This document shows, one piece after another, positions 1-8,595 of a stretch of 64,000 bases of DNA (its first letter is position 1; each line of letters begins with the position of its first letter). The stretch is from an uncultured delta proteobacterium (lineage in GTDB: Bacteria > Desulfobacterota > Desulfobaccia > Desulfobaccales > 0-14-0-80-60-11). Made by a program: the position numbers and the translations under genes. Under the pieces are notes generated by a model. The model did not search any database. It saw nothing but the letters and a program-made list of their open reading frames with translations, and was not told the origin of the DNA. Where the stretch lies: NCBI GenBank assembly GCA_963697965.1, contig OY969108.1, positions 1,055,997-1,119,996 on the forward strand, written 5' to 3'.

Positions 1-178
1 CTCGCCCATCCGATTTTGGCTCTTCAATGTTAACCGCCAGGCGACCTTCCTCAGCCTCGCAAAGATTCTTAAGTAATTCTTCGAAGGTTTCCCCTTGGGT
101 CGCACAACCGGGAAGGGCCGGTACTTCAGCCCAATACCCGCCTTCTTCCGCTTCATGAACAATAACCTTGATCTTCAT
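1..178 (-). CDS. hicB: HicB-family antitoxin (UPF0150), C-terminal part cut by window edge
   Basis: ATG at 178-176 sits behind a GGAAGAGG SD. The translation MKIKVIVHEAEEGGYWAEVPALPGCATQGETFEELLKNLCEA matches the HicB N-terminal signature (GGYxAxVPxLPGCxTQGET). No hicA is visible upstream. Confidence 0.75.
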   Translation of the reverse strand, partial: MKIKVIVHEAEEGGYWAEVPALPGCATQGETFEELLKNLCEAEEGRLAVNIEEPKSDGR

Positions 179-290
179 AGCCTCTTCCGAGATGTTCAAA
201 GGCCGCCAGGAACCGGCGCCCCAGCTCGCTGCTGATCCCCTAACGGTGGAACCGGCCCCAGCCCCATCCGGCCATTTTCCCCCGATAATA

Positions 291-319
291 TTGTCCCCAG
301 CCCTTAACAGACGTATAAT
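291..319 (+). promoter_or_regulatory. candidate sigma-70 promoter (TTGTCC-17 nt-TATAAT)
   Basis: TTGTCC lies at 291-296 and TATAAT at 314-319, with a 17-nt spacer, about 55 nt upstream of the 376 start codon. Confidence 0.35.
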
Positions 320-375
320 ACCATAAAAATTCCCTGACCGGAAAAGATTTCCGGTTGGGAACCGCGAGGTGGGTT

Positions 376-858
376 ATGGAATTGAAGCTGGTCAAGCTGA
401 TTATCCCCGAAGAGGCCAACATTATCCTGGGCCAGAGCCACTTCCTCAAGACCGTGGAGGACCTCTATGAGATCCTGGTGGGCACCGTGCCGGGAGCCAA
501 GTTTGGGCTGGCCTTTTGCGAATCTTCCGGAGAATGCCTCATCCGGGCCGAGGGCAACGAACCCACCCTGACCGCGGCGGCCACCAGGAACGCCGGCCTT
601 CTGGCCGCGGGCCACACCTTCAACATCCTCCTCAAGGGCGCCTTTCCCATCAACGTTCTCAACGCCATCAAGATGTGCCCGGAGGTCTGCCGCATCTTTT
701 GCGCCACCGCCAACCCGCTGGAAGTCATCGTGGCGGAAACCGCCCAGGGCCGGGGCATTCTGGGGGTGGTAGACGGCCTCTCCCCCAAGGGCTTGGAGGA
801 CGACGACGGCCGTGCCTGGCGCTATAAGATCTTGAGGGAATTCGGGTATAAGAAGTAA
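376..858 (+). CDS. adenosine-specific kinase family protein (PF04008-like)
   Basis: ATG 376 follows GAGGTG. MELKLVKLIIPEEANIILGQSHFLKTVEDLYE...FPINVLNAIKMCPEVCRIFCATANPLEVIVAETAQGRGILGVVDG resembles the conserved archaeal/bacterial adenosine-kinase-like family. Confidence 0.8.
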   Translation: MELKLVKLIIPEEANIILGQSHFLKTVEDLYEILVGTVPGAKFGLAFCESSGECLIRAEGNEPTLTAAATRNAGLLAAGHTFNILLKGAFPINVLNAIKMCPEVCRIFCATANPLEVIVAETAQGRGILGVVDGLSPKGLEDDDGRAWRYKILREFGYKK

Positions 859-931
859 CCGTTTTTAATCAGGGGCGGCCCGGGCTCCCGGCCTGGAAGC
901 CTGGGGCTCTGATGACAGGTGAATACCGGAA

Positions 932-1879
932 TTGATAGTGAAAGCAGCCATTTTAGCGGCAGGAAGGGGGATTAGGCTTAGGCCACTCACCGACTCAGTG
1001 CCCAAGACCCTGGTCCCCGTCCTGAACCGGCCCCTGTTGGGACTGTTGCTGGCGCGGCTGGAAGATGCCGGCTTCCTGCAGGTGGCGGTGAATGTTCATT
1101 ATCTGGCGGAGCAGGTGCTGCAGTTTTTGGCCCGACCTTGGGGGTTTCACCTCAGCGTCAGCCAGGAGCCGGAGCTGTTGGGAACCGGCGGCGGCCTGCA
1201 AAGGTTAGCGGAAATTTTGGGGGGCGGGCCGTTTCTGGCGGTCAACGGCGATATTCTCACCGACCTGGACCTGAAAACCGTTTACCGCAGCCACGCCCAG
1301 GAGGCGGTGGCCACCCTGGTTTTGCATGACTGCCCCCCTTATAATAATGTTTGGGTGGCCGAGGGATCGGTAGCGAGCGTGGGGGAGCCGCCGGCCGGCG
1401 GCTCCGCCGGGCCTCCTTTGGCCTACACCGGGGTCCAGGTGGTAGGCCCGGGGATGCTGCGTTATCTTCCCGCCGGAGGACCGGGCAACCTGCTGGACGC
1501 CTGGCGGGCGGCGTTGGCCGCGGGTGAGCGGCTGGCGGCGCTGGTGCTGACCGGCCACTTTTGGCAGGACCTGGGCACCCCGGCTGCCTATCTCACGGCC
1601 CACCAGCGGCTCCTCCAGGGGGCAGCCCCCCGGTTGGACCGTTATTTCGGGCCCCTGGGCGATCCCTTCCTCGGGCCCGGCGGGGTTATCGGGGCGGGCG
1701 CCGAGTTTGGCGGGGGCGTCTGTTTGGGAACTGGGGTTAGAATAGGGGCTGGCGCCGCCCTCAAGAACACGGTGGTGTGGGATGGGGCCGCCATCGAACC
1801 GGGAGTGGCGCTGGAGGATTGCCTAGTGGGCTCCGGCGTGCGGGTGCAGCGCAACGCCCGGGGGGAAGTGCTGGTTTGA
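932..1879 (+). CDS. sugar-1-phosphate nucleotidyltransferase with C-terminal left-handed beta-helix; MurU-like candidate
   Basis: The N-terminus AAILAAGRGIRLRPLTDSVPKTLVPV is the NTP-transferase G-rich loop. The C-terminal hexapeptide-like repeats are GAGAEFGGGVCLGTGVRIGAGAALKNTVVWDGAAIEPGVALEDCLVGSGVRV. The gene is paired with an APH-fold kinase two genes downstream. Confidence 0.8.
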   Translation: MIVKAAILAAGRGIRLRPLTDSVPKTLVPVLNRPLLGLLLARLEDAGFLQVAVNVHYLAEQVLQFLARPWGFHLSVSQEPELLGTGGGLQRLAEILGGGPFLAVNGDILTDLDLKTVYRSHAQEAVATLVLHDCPPYNNVWVAEGSVASVGEPPAGGSAGPPLAYTGVQVVGPGMLRYLPAGGPGNLLDAWRAALAAGERLAALVLTGHFWQDLGTPAAYLTAHQRLLQGAAPRLDRYFGPLGDPFLGPGGVIGAGAEFGGGVCLGTGVRIGAGAALKNTVVWDGAAIEPGVALEDCLVGSGVRVQRNARGEVLV

Positions 1880-1938
1880 AACCTTATCGATTTCCCCTTT
1901 CTTGAGGGAAAACTTGACAGTTAAGGAGATGTTTCCCG

Positions 1939-2229
1939 ATGATCACCCACATTGTCCTGTTTAAACTGGTGCGTTCTGATGAGAAATCCATTGAAGCCGC
2001 CAGGGCGGCCCTGGCAGGGCTGAGAGGGCAGATTCCCCAATTGCGCCATCTGGAGGTAGGGGTCAATATCGTCCCTACGGAGCGCTCGTATGATTTGGGC
2101 CTGGTGGCCAGGTTCGACTCTCTGGCAGATTTGCAGAGCTACCAGGACCATCCGCTCCATGTAGAAGTGGTCAAATTTTTGCAAGGCAACCGCCAGTCCA
2201 CGGTCTCCGTGGACTATGAAACATCCTGA
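1939..2229 (+). CDS. Dabb (stress-responsive alpha/beta-barrel) family protein
   Basis: An AAGGAG SD precedes the start. MITHIVLFKL...LRHLEVGVN...YDLGLVARFDSLADLQSYQDHPLHVEV is typical of the Dabb domain. Confidence 0.85.
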   Translation: MITHIVLFKLVRSDEKSIEAARAALAGLRGQIPQLRHLEVGVNIVPTERSYDLGLVARFDSLADLQSYQDHPLHVEVVKFLQGNRQSTVSVDYETS

Positions 2230-2249
2230 TCCCGGGAGCAAGGGAGCCC

Positions 2250-3254
2250 ATGGCGGATATTCTTTGGACCCCCAGGCTGCAAGCCGCGGCGGCTGGCTTG
2301 GGCGCCTCCCTGCAGGGGGCCCAGGCCCTGGCCGGGGACGGCTCCGACCGCCGCTTTTTCAGGCTGCTGGGCTCCCCCACGGTGATCCTCTTGCACCATT
2401 CCCAGCCAACGGCCCTGCAGGTAAATGAAAACGATTCCTACTTCCACCTGGGCCGTCACCTCAGGAGGCAAGGGGCGCCGGTGCCGGAGATTTATGAATA
2501 CTGCCGGGAAGAGGGCTGGCTGCTGCTGGAGGACCTGGGAGACATTCATCTGGCGGCGGCCGTCGCCCGGGAAAGCGGGGGAGAGCAGTTGGGGTACCGG
2601 TACCGGCAGGCCCTGGATATCCTGGTGAACTTGCAGGTGGACGGCAAGGAGGGCTTCGATCCGGCCTGGTGCTTCGATACCGCGGTGATGCACCGGCCTT
2701 TCTTGTGGGAACGGGAATGCGGCTATTTCGTCCGCGCTTATTTGCAGGGCTACGCGGGCCTGAAGCTGGAAATGGACGATCTGGCTCCGGACTTTGAACA
2801 CCTCCTCACCCGGGCCCTGACGCCGGCCCCCAACTTCTTCCTGCACCGGGACTTCCAGTCCCGCAACCTGATGATCAAGAACGGCCGTATCCGGGTCATC
2901 GATTTCCAGGGCGGGCGTCTCGGACCCCTGGGCTATGACCTGGCGGCTCTCCTCATTGACCCTTATGTGAACCTGAAACCGCCCTGGCAGGAAGAACTGC
3001 TGGCTGCTTACCTGGACCTGCTTGAGAAGCGGCTCCCGGACCTGGACCGCCAGGCCTTCCGGGAGCAGTATTGGCACCTGGCCCTGTGCCGGAACCTGCA
3101 GATCCTGGGAGCCTTCGGATACCTCACCCGGGAGCGGGGGAAGTCCGGTTTCTCCCGCTACATTCCCCCGGCCCTGGCCGGATTGCGCCGGCGATTGGGG
3201 GAACGCCCCGGCGAATTTCCCCTGTTGGAGCAGGCGATCGTCCCCCTGAGCTGA
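2250..3254 (+). CDS. aminoglycoside-phosphotransferase-fold kinase, AmgK-like (anomeric MurNAc/GlcNAc kinase candidate)
   Basis: It carries the catalytic-loop motif FLHRDFQSRNLMIKNGRIRVIDFQG (HxDxxxxN plus DFQ). It is about 334 aa and sits near a MurU-like nucleotidyltransferase. Confidence 0.75.
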   Translation: MADILWTPRLQAAAAGLGASLQGAQALAGDGSDRRFFRLLGSPTVILLHHSQPTALQVNENDSYFHLGRHLRRQGAPVPEIYEYCREEGWLLLEDLGDIHLAAAVARESGGEQLGYRYRQALDILVNLQVDGKEGFDPAWCFDTAVMHRPFLWERECGYFVRAYLQGYAGLKLEMDDLAPDFEHLLTRALTPAPNFFLHRDFQSRNLMIKNGRIRVIDFQGGRLGPLGYDLAALLIDPYVNLKPPWQEELLAAYLDLLEKRLPDLDRQAFREQYWHLALCRNLQILGAFGYLTRERGKSGFSRYIPPALAGLRRRLGERPGEFPLLEQAIVPLS

Positions 3255-3332
3255 AGTTCATCAAGAATCACAGCCTTAACGAGTTTAATCAAATTGACGA
3301 ACGATGCCCCAACCCGGTCAAGCATTGACCCT

Positions 3333-3977
3333 ATGACCCTGCTGCAGGAAGGGGCCGCGGCCCTGGGGCTGGATTTGCCCCCGGCCGCCCTGGCCCACTT
3401 CCGCTTTTACCTGACCGAGCTGAAGCTGTGGAACGCCCGGGTCAACCTCACCGGGTTAAAGACCGACCGGGACATGGTGGTCAAGCATTTCCTCGATTCC
3501 CTGGCGGTCCTGCCCTTCCTGGGGGGCCGCCCCTCCCTGGCGGACCTGGGCAGCGGCCCGGGATTTCCGGGACTGGCCCTGAAGCTGGTCCGGCCCGAGC
3601 TCCAGCTAACCCTGGTGGAGGCCCGGCAAAAGAAGGCGGCCTTCCTGGAATACCTAATTTCCTGTTTCAAGCTGCCGGGCGTCCAGGTGGCCTGCACCCA
3701 TCTGACCCCGGCGCAAGCCCGGGAGTGGGGCCCCCGCTTCCAGGCGGTGGTCTCCCGGGCCACCTTTCCCCTGGGGCGTTTCCTGGAACTGGCCGCCCCC
3801 CTGCTGCTGCCCGGAGGCCTGGCGCTGGCCCTCAAGGGGCCGCTCCTGGCCGGGGGCGAACTGGAAGCCGCGGCCGCCGCGGGCCGGCTCCTGGGCCTGG
3901 AACCCCTGGAACTTAAGCCTTACCGGCTGCCGCTGAGCGGCGAGCCCCGCCTGGCGGTTAGCTCCCGGCGACCCTGA
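3333..3977 (+). CDS. rsmG: 16S rRNA (guanine527-N7)-methyltransferase RsmG (GidB)
   Basis: LWNARVNLTGLKTDRDMVVKHFLDSL and the SAM motif LADLGSGPGFPGLALKL support the call. The start is ambiguous between TTG 3294 and ATG 3333. Confidence 0.9.
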   Translation: MTLLQEGAAALGLDLPPAALAHFRFYLTELKLWNARVNLTGLKTDRDMVVKHFLDSLAVLPFLGGRPSLADLGSGPGFPGLALKLVRPELQLTLVEARQKKAAFLEYLISCFKLPGVQVACTHLTPAQAREWGPRFQAVVSRATFPLGRFLELAAPLLLPGGLALALKGPLLAGGELEAAAAAGRLLGLEPLELKPYRLPLSGEPRLAVSSRRP

Positions 3978-4108
3978 TATGGCCGTAGGGTGGACTGCTG
4001 CTGGCTGCCGGCTGGAAGCTTTTTCCCAGAGGTCCCATTTTGTGTATAATAAATTAAGATCACGGGCGCGAACTAAGACGCCAAAGCACCAGAGACCTCC
4101 TGGACCAT

Positions 4109-5696
4109 ATGTCGTTCATTTCCTGGCAATATCTCATTTTTCTGCCCGTCGTCTTCCTCCTTTATTGGAGGCTCTCCGGCAAAAAGCGGCTATTGCTGCT
4201 GCTGGCGGTCAGTTATCTCTTTTACGCCGGCTGGGACGTGCGCTTCCTGGCGCTGGTGATGGCCACCACGGTCATCGATTTCCTTTGCGGCCTGAGTATC
4301 GACGGGGAAAGGACGAAAGCCCGTTGGGTGCTGCTGCTGGCCCTGGCGCCCGCCGCCTGGACCGCGGTGTGCCACCTGGCGCTGCCGGATAGCCACATCT
4401 CCCTCCGGGTCATGGGCCTAGCCGGGGCCCTGGGGCTCCTGTTCCTTGCGGCCCACGAGCTGCTGTGGGTCTGGGGCGGGGACCGGCGGCGCCGCTATTT
4501 CCTCATCCTCAGCGTCTGCTTCTGTCTCGCCATTCTCGGATTTTTCAAATATTTCGGCTTCTTCGTCCAATCGGCCCGGACGCTCCTTCAAACCGCGGGT
4601 CTGAGGACCGATCCGGTACTCCTCAAGATCATTCTGCCGGTGGGTATCTCCTTTTACACCTTCCAATCCCTGGGCTACGTCTTCGACATTTACCGAGGGC
4701 TGACCTCGGCCTGCCGCAGCCTGGTCACCTTCGCGGCCTTTGACGCCTTTTTCCCGCAAATGATCTCCGGGCCCATCGAGCGGGGCCATCAGCTCATCCC
4801 CCAACTGGAGGCCGACCAGGCCTTTCAGCCCGCCTTCCTGCAAGAACGGCCTCAGCATGATTCTGGTGGGCTTTTTCAAAAAGATCTTCGTGGCCGACAA
4901 CTGCGCCGTCCTGGCCAATTACGTCTTCGACCCCGCCACCCATCTGGACGGCTATTGGGCGGTCCTGGGGGTGGTCGCCTTCGCCTTTCAGATCTACGGG
5001 GATTTCTCCGGGTACACCGACATCGCCCGGGGTTCCGCCAAGCTCCTGGGCATCGACCTGGTGGAGAACTTCCGCTTTCCCTATCTGGCCGAAAATCCCT
5101 CGGACTTCTGGTCCAGGTGGCATATTTCGCTGTCCAACTGGTTCCGGGATTATCTCTACATCCCCCTGGGGGGCAACCGGGGCGGCCGCTGGCAGACCCT
5201 GCGCAACCTGGGGGTGACCATGCTCCTGGTGGGGCTCTGGCACGGGGCCTCGTGGATCTTCGTGCTCTGGGGCGCCTACCAGGGGGTACTGCTCATCCTC
5301 TACCACTTCCCGCCCCTTAAGCTGCTGGCGGGCAAATCCACGGCAAAGGACCGGTTCTCCTGGCGCTCGCTGCTGGCGGTGCCCCTCATGTGGCTTTTTA
5401 TCCTGGCGGGTTGGGCGATCTTCCGCAGCGCCAACCTGGCCCAACTGGGGGTCTGGTTCGGCGCCCTGGGCCACTGGCAGGCATCCCTGGCCATCCCCTG
5501 GCAGTCTTCCAGCATCTGGCTGCTGATTCATACCGGGCCCCTGATCCTGCTCCAGCTCTTGACCCTTAAATTTCGCGACGAAACCCGGGTCCGGAACCTG
5601 CCCTGGCCGGTGAAGGGGGCCGTCTATCTGCTGCTCCTGCTCCTGGTGGTCTCCTCCAGCGAACAGGACAAAGAATTCATCTACTTTCAATTTTGA
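4109..5696 (+). pseudogene. MBOAT-family O-acyltransferase (AlgI/PatA/DltB-like) interrupted by a +1 frameshift near 4845
   Basis: The N-terminal part in frame 2 runs up to ...FFPQMISGPIERGHQLIPQLEADQAFQPAFLQE. It continues in frame 0 as NGLSMILVGFFKKIFVADN...RWHISLSNWFRDYLYIPLGGNRG...WHGASW, which contains the MBOAT catalytic His region. After 4848 the frame-2 ORF becomes Arg/Gly/Pro-rich nonsense. Confidence 0.85.
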
Positions 5697-6766
5697 TGAA
5701 AAGGCTCGTTACTCCGGCTTTCCTGATGGTGTTGGCGCTGCTGGCTCTCTCCGAGATCAGCGCCCGCATCTTTTTTGCCAAGGATATCGATGGCCGGTTC
5801 GCATACGGCTACGATCCCCAGGCGGGATTCGACGAGCATCGGGACGGCACGGTGCAGCTCTTCCGGGCCGGCGGCCGCCGCTTCCATCGCCAATCCTTCC
5901 AGAGGGTTCGCCCCCCGGGCAGCTACCGCATCTTTGTGGTGGGGGACTCCGTCCCCCGGGGGCCCAGTTTCAAAGAGGCCTACCCCTGGGTGCTGGGCGA
6001 GGACCTGCGGCGGCAGGGCATCCAGGCGGAATCCTACAATATGGCCCTAGCGGGCTATGGGGCCCGCCGCTGCCAGGTGGTCCTCAAGAAGACCCTGGAG
6101 TTCGAGCCCAGCCTCATCATCTTGCACGTCGACGACCTCAACAAGTGGGAAGACGAACGGGAGTGGCGCCGCAGCCAGGAGTTCAAGGGTTGGCACCCCA
6201 GCCACTGGCTGATGAAGGTCTTCATCTTCCGGCGCCTGTATGAGGCCAATTTAGAGAAGGTCTTCTGGTCCCTGGTCCCGGAGGAGGTCCGCCTGAAATC
6301 CGCGGTGAGCGATGCTGACGCCGAGGTGGCCGCCTCCCGGGACCCCAAGGAGATCGCCACCCGCATCAACCTGGCCCGCGAGAAATTGGTGGAGAACGTG
6401 GCCATGGTGCGCCGCCTCCAGATTCCCCTGCTGTTGATCTCCCAGTGCCGGGTAGAAAGGGACGAGGGCCGGCCCCCGCGCCTGACCGACGACGGTCTGG
6501 ACGCCATGTGCGACACCTTGACCGGGCCCGGGGTTTACCATCTGGCCATGAGCGAGGTATTCCAAGGAGAGGCCGGCCCCTCCTATTTCGCCGACAGCAG
6601 CCACTTGCGGAGCCAGGGGCATCGGTTGCTGGCCCGGGCGATCTGCCGGAAAATCCTGACGGAACGGGCCGAATTCGGGCTGCCCGCGGTTAAAGTAGCT
6701 GCGGCCGCAGAGCTCCCCGCCGGGCCGGTGGCGGCCTCCCGGGGCAAGACCGCCGCTCCTCGCTAA
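5696..6766 (+). CDS. SGNH/GDSL-like hydrolase or acyltransferase partner of the MBOAT protein, with N-terminal signal/anchor
   Basis: ATG 5696 overlaps the MBOAT TGA (TGATG). It has a hydrophobic N-terminus, block I FVVGDSVPRG, and a C-terminal DSSHLRSQGH (DxxH). Confidence 0.7.
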   Translation: MKRLVTPAFLMVLALLALSEISARIFFAKDIDGRFAYGYDPQAGFDEHRDGTVQLFRAGGRRFHRQSFQRVRPPGSYRIFVVGDSVPRGPSFKEAYPWVLGEDLRRQGIQAESYNMALAGYGARRCQVVLKKTLEFEPSLIILHVDDLNKWEDEREWRRSQEFKGWHPSHWLMKVFIFRRLYEANLEKVFWSLVPEEVRLKSAVSDADAEVAASRDPKEIATRINLAREKLVENVAMVRRLQIPLLLISQCRVERDEGRPPRLTDDGLDAMCDTLTGPGVYHLAMSEVFQGEAGPSYFADSSHLRSQGHRLLARAICRKILTERAEFGLPAVKVAAAAELPAGPVAASRGKTAAPR

Positions 6767-6795
6767 CGGAGTCCGGGCCAGGAGAGGCGCCCGCC

Positions 6796-7737
6796 TCAAC
6801 CCACCCGAAACTGTCCCGCCTGCCCCCAAGATCGGAGAAGTTGGGTGAGGAGCCGGTTTACCGGGGTGGGGACCCCCAGGGCCTGCCCCCGGGAGGCCAC
6901 CTGGCCGTTGAGGGCGTCGATTTCCGTAGGCCGGCCGGCCAGGACGTCCTGGAGCATGGAGGAGCGATTGGCCGCGGTGGCCTGGCATACCTGGCGCAGG
7001 CGTTCCTCCGGGTCCAGGTCCAGGGGGAGCCCCGCGGCCCGCGCCACCCGCTGGGCTTCCCGAGCCGCGGCCAACGCCAGCTCCCAAGCCTCGGGCAGGT
7101 GCAGCAGCGCTCCGTTGGGCACCCGCAACAGGGCGGTCAGGGGATTGAGGCCGACGTTGACCAACAGCTTTTCCCACAAAGCCAGCTCGATGTCCGGCTG
7201 CTCCCGGCAGTCCAGGCCGGCCCGGCGCAGCGCCGCCGCCACCCGGGCCAGTTCCTCCGGGGAAACCTGAGAGCCGCTGGGGACTCCAATGATCAGCGGC
7301 CCCTCCCCGGCCAGAATAATCTCCCCCGCCGCCGTCCTGGTCACGCCCAGCATGGCCACCCCCACCAGCAGCCTTTGCGGTCCCACCGCCGCAGCCAGCG
7401 TCTCCAGGTTGCCCAGACCGTTTTGCAAGCTGAGGACCAGGCCGTGTTCCGCCAGCAGGGGCCTGAGACTCAGGGCCGCCACTTGGGTCTGGTGAGCTTT
7501 GACGGCCACGATGACCAGAGCCGCCGGGCCTGCTTCCCCTGGCAGGCCGATGGGCACCGGGATTTGCCGCTCTCCGCGTGCCGGGGTGCGCACCCTTAGG
7601 CCCTGCCGCTTGAGGCGCGCCGCCCGCTCCGGGAGATAATCGACCAGGGTGACCTCCTCCCCAGCCTCAAATAGCAAAGCCCCCAGCAAACCACCCAGGG
7701 CTCCGGGTCCGATGATGGCGATTTTCATGGTTTCCAT
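6796..7737 (-). CDS. panE: 2-dehydropantoate 2-reductase (ApbA/PanE family)
   Basis: It has the Rossmann N-terminus MKIAIIGPGALGGLLGALL and a C-terminal SMLQDVLAGRPTEIDALNG motif. The longest ORF (to 7845) has an implausible leader. Confidence 0.85.
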   Translation of the reverse strand: METMKIAIIGPGALGGLLGALLFEAGEEVTLVDYLPERAARLKRQGLRVRTPARGERQIPVPIGLPGEAGPAALVIVAVKAHQTQVAALSLRPLLAEHGLVLSLQNGLGNLETLAAAVGPQRLLVGVAMLGVTRTAAGEIILAGEGPLIIGVPSGSQVSPEELARVAAALRRAGLDCREQPDIELALWEKLLVNVGLNPLTALLRVPNGALLHLPEAWELALAAAREAQRVARAAGLPLDLDPEERLRQVCQATAANRSSMLQDVLAGRPTEIDALNGQVASRGQALGVPTPVNRLLTQLLRSWGQAGQFRVG

Positions 7738-7890
7738 TCCGGTAGCCACGGGCACTGGGGAGCTTTTAGGGCCTGCGGCCTCCCACCTGAAAAAGATTTT
7801 AGGTCCCTGCCCAGATATCTCTTCCAGATTGTTGATCTTTTGCACGATTTATAGTAAAATTCGTTACGCTGCAAGCAGAGGAAGGGATTG

Positions 7891-8595
7891 ATGATGGCGA
7901 CCCCCATGAAGATGGCGAGGCAATTCGATCAGGAATTGGAGCAGATCAAACAGGATCTGCTGCGAATGGGGAGCCTGGCCGAAACCGCAGTGGACAAGAG
8001 CATCATCTCGGTGACTACCCGTAATTCCGAGCTGGCCCGGGACGTGGTCATCGAGGACATTACCCTGAACCGCATGGAATTGGCCGTTGAAGAACAGGCC
8101 TTCAGGCTGCTGGCCCTGCGCCAGCCCCTGGCCACGGACCTGAGACTGACCACCGCGGCCATGCGCATCGCCACTGAGCTGGAGCGCATTGGCGATCAGG
8201 CGGTGAACATCGCCGAAAGAGCCATGGAACTCAACAGCAGCGAGCCCCTGCAGGTCCCCATCGATCTCAAGGTCATGGCCGACATGGCCCTGGGTATGGT
8301 GACCAGCAGCATCGACGCCTTCGTGCACCAGGACCCCAAGCTGGCCATCAAGGTGTGTCAGCGGGATGTGGAAGTGGACCTGTTGGACGATGAGTATGTC
8401 CAAAAGATTCTGGCGTGCATGGTCCAGGAGTCGCGCTGGGTGACGCGGCTGCACCATTTTCTCATTATCGTCCGGAATTTGGAGCGCATCGCCGACCTGG
8501 CCACCAACATCGCCGAAGACATCGTCTTCATCGTGGAAGGCAGGGTTATCAAGCATCAGTGCGAAGAGTGGATGCTGGTTTCGACCCCCACCTGA
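7891..8595 (+). CDS. phoU: phosphate signalling regulator PhoU
   Basis: Two PhoU repeats are present (ELERIGDQAVNIAE and NLERIADLATNIAEDIVF). A GAGGAAGGG SD lies upstream. No pst genes are adjacent. Confidence 0.9.
   Translation: MMATPMKMARQFDQELEQIKQDLLRMGSLAETAVDKSIISVTTRNSELARDVVIEDITLNRMELAVEEQAFRLLALRQPLATDLRLTTAAMRIATELERIGDQAVNIAERAMELNSSEPLQVPIDLKVMADMALGMVTSSIDAFVHQDPKLAIKVCQRDVEVDLLDDEYVQKILACMVQESRWVTRLHHFLIIVRNLERIADLATNIAEDIVFIVEGRVIKHQCEEWMLVSTPT

Noticed and set aside
4836-4856. Programmed +1 ribosomal frameshifting at the MBOAT, NamZ and CoA-transferase breaks
   Set aside because: No shared slippery motif, no upstream SD-like stimulator and no rare or stop codon context of the prfB type occur at the four sites. 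The contexts differ from one another.
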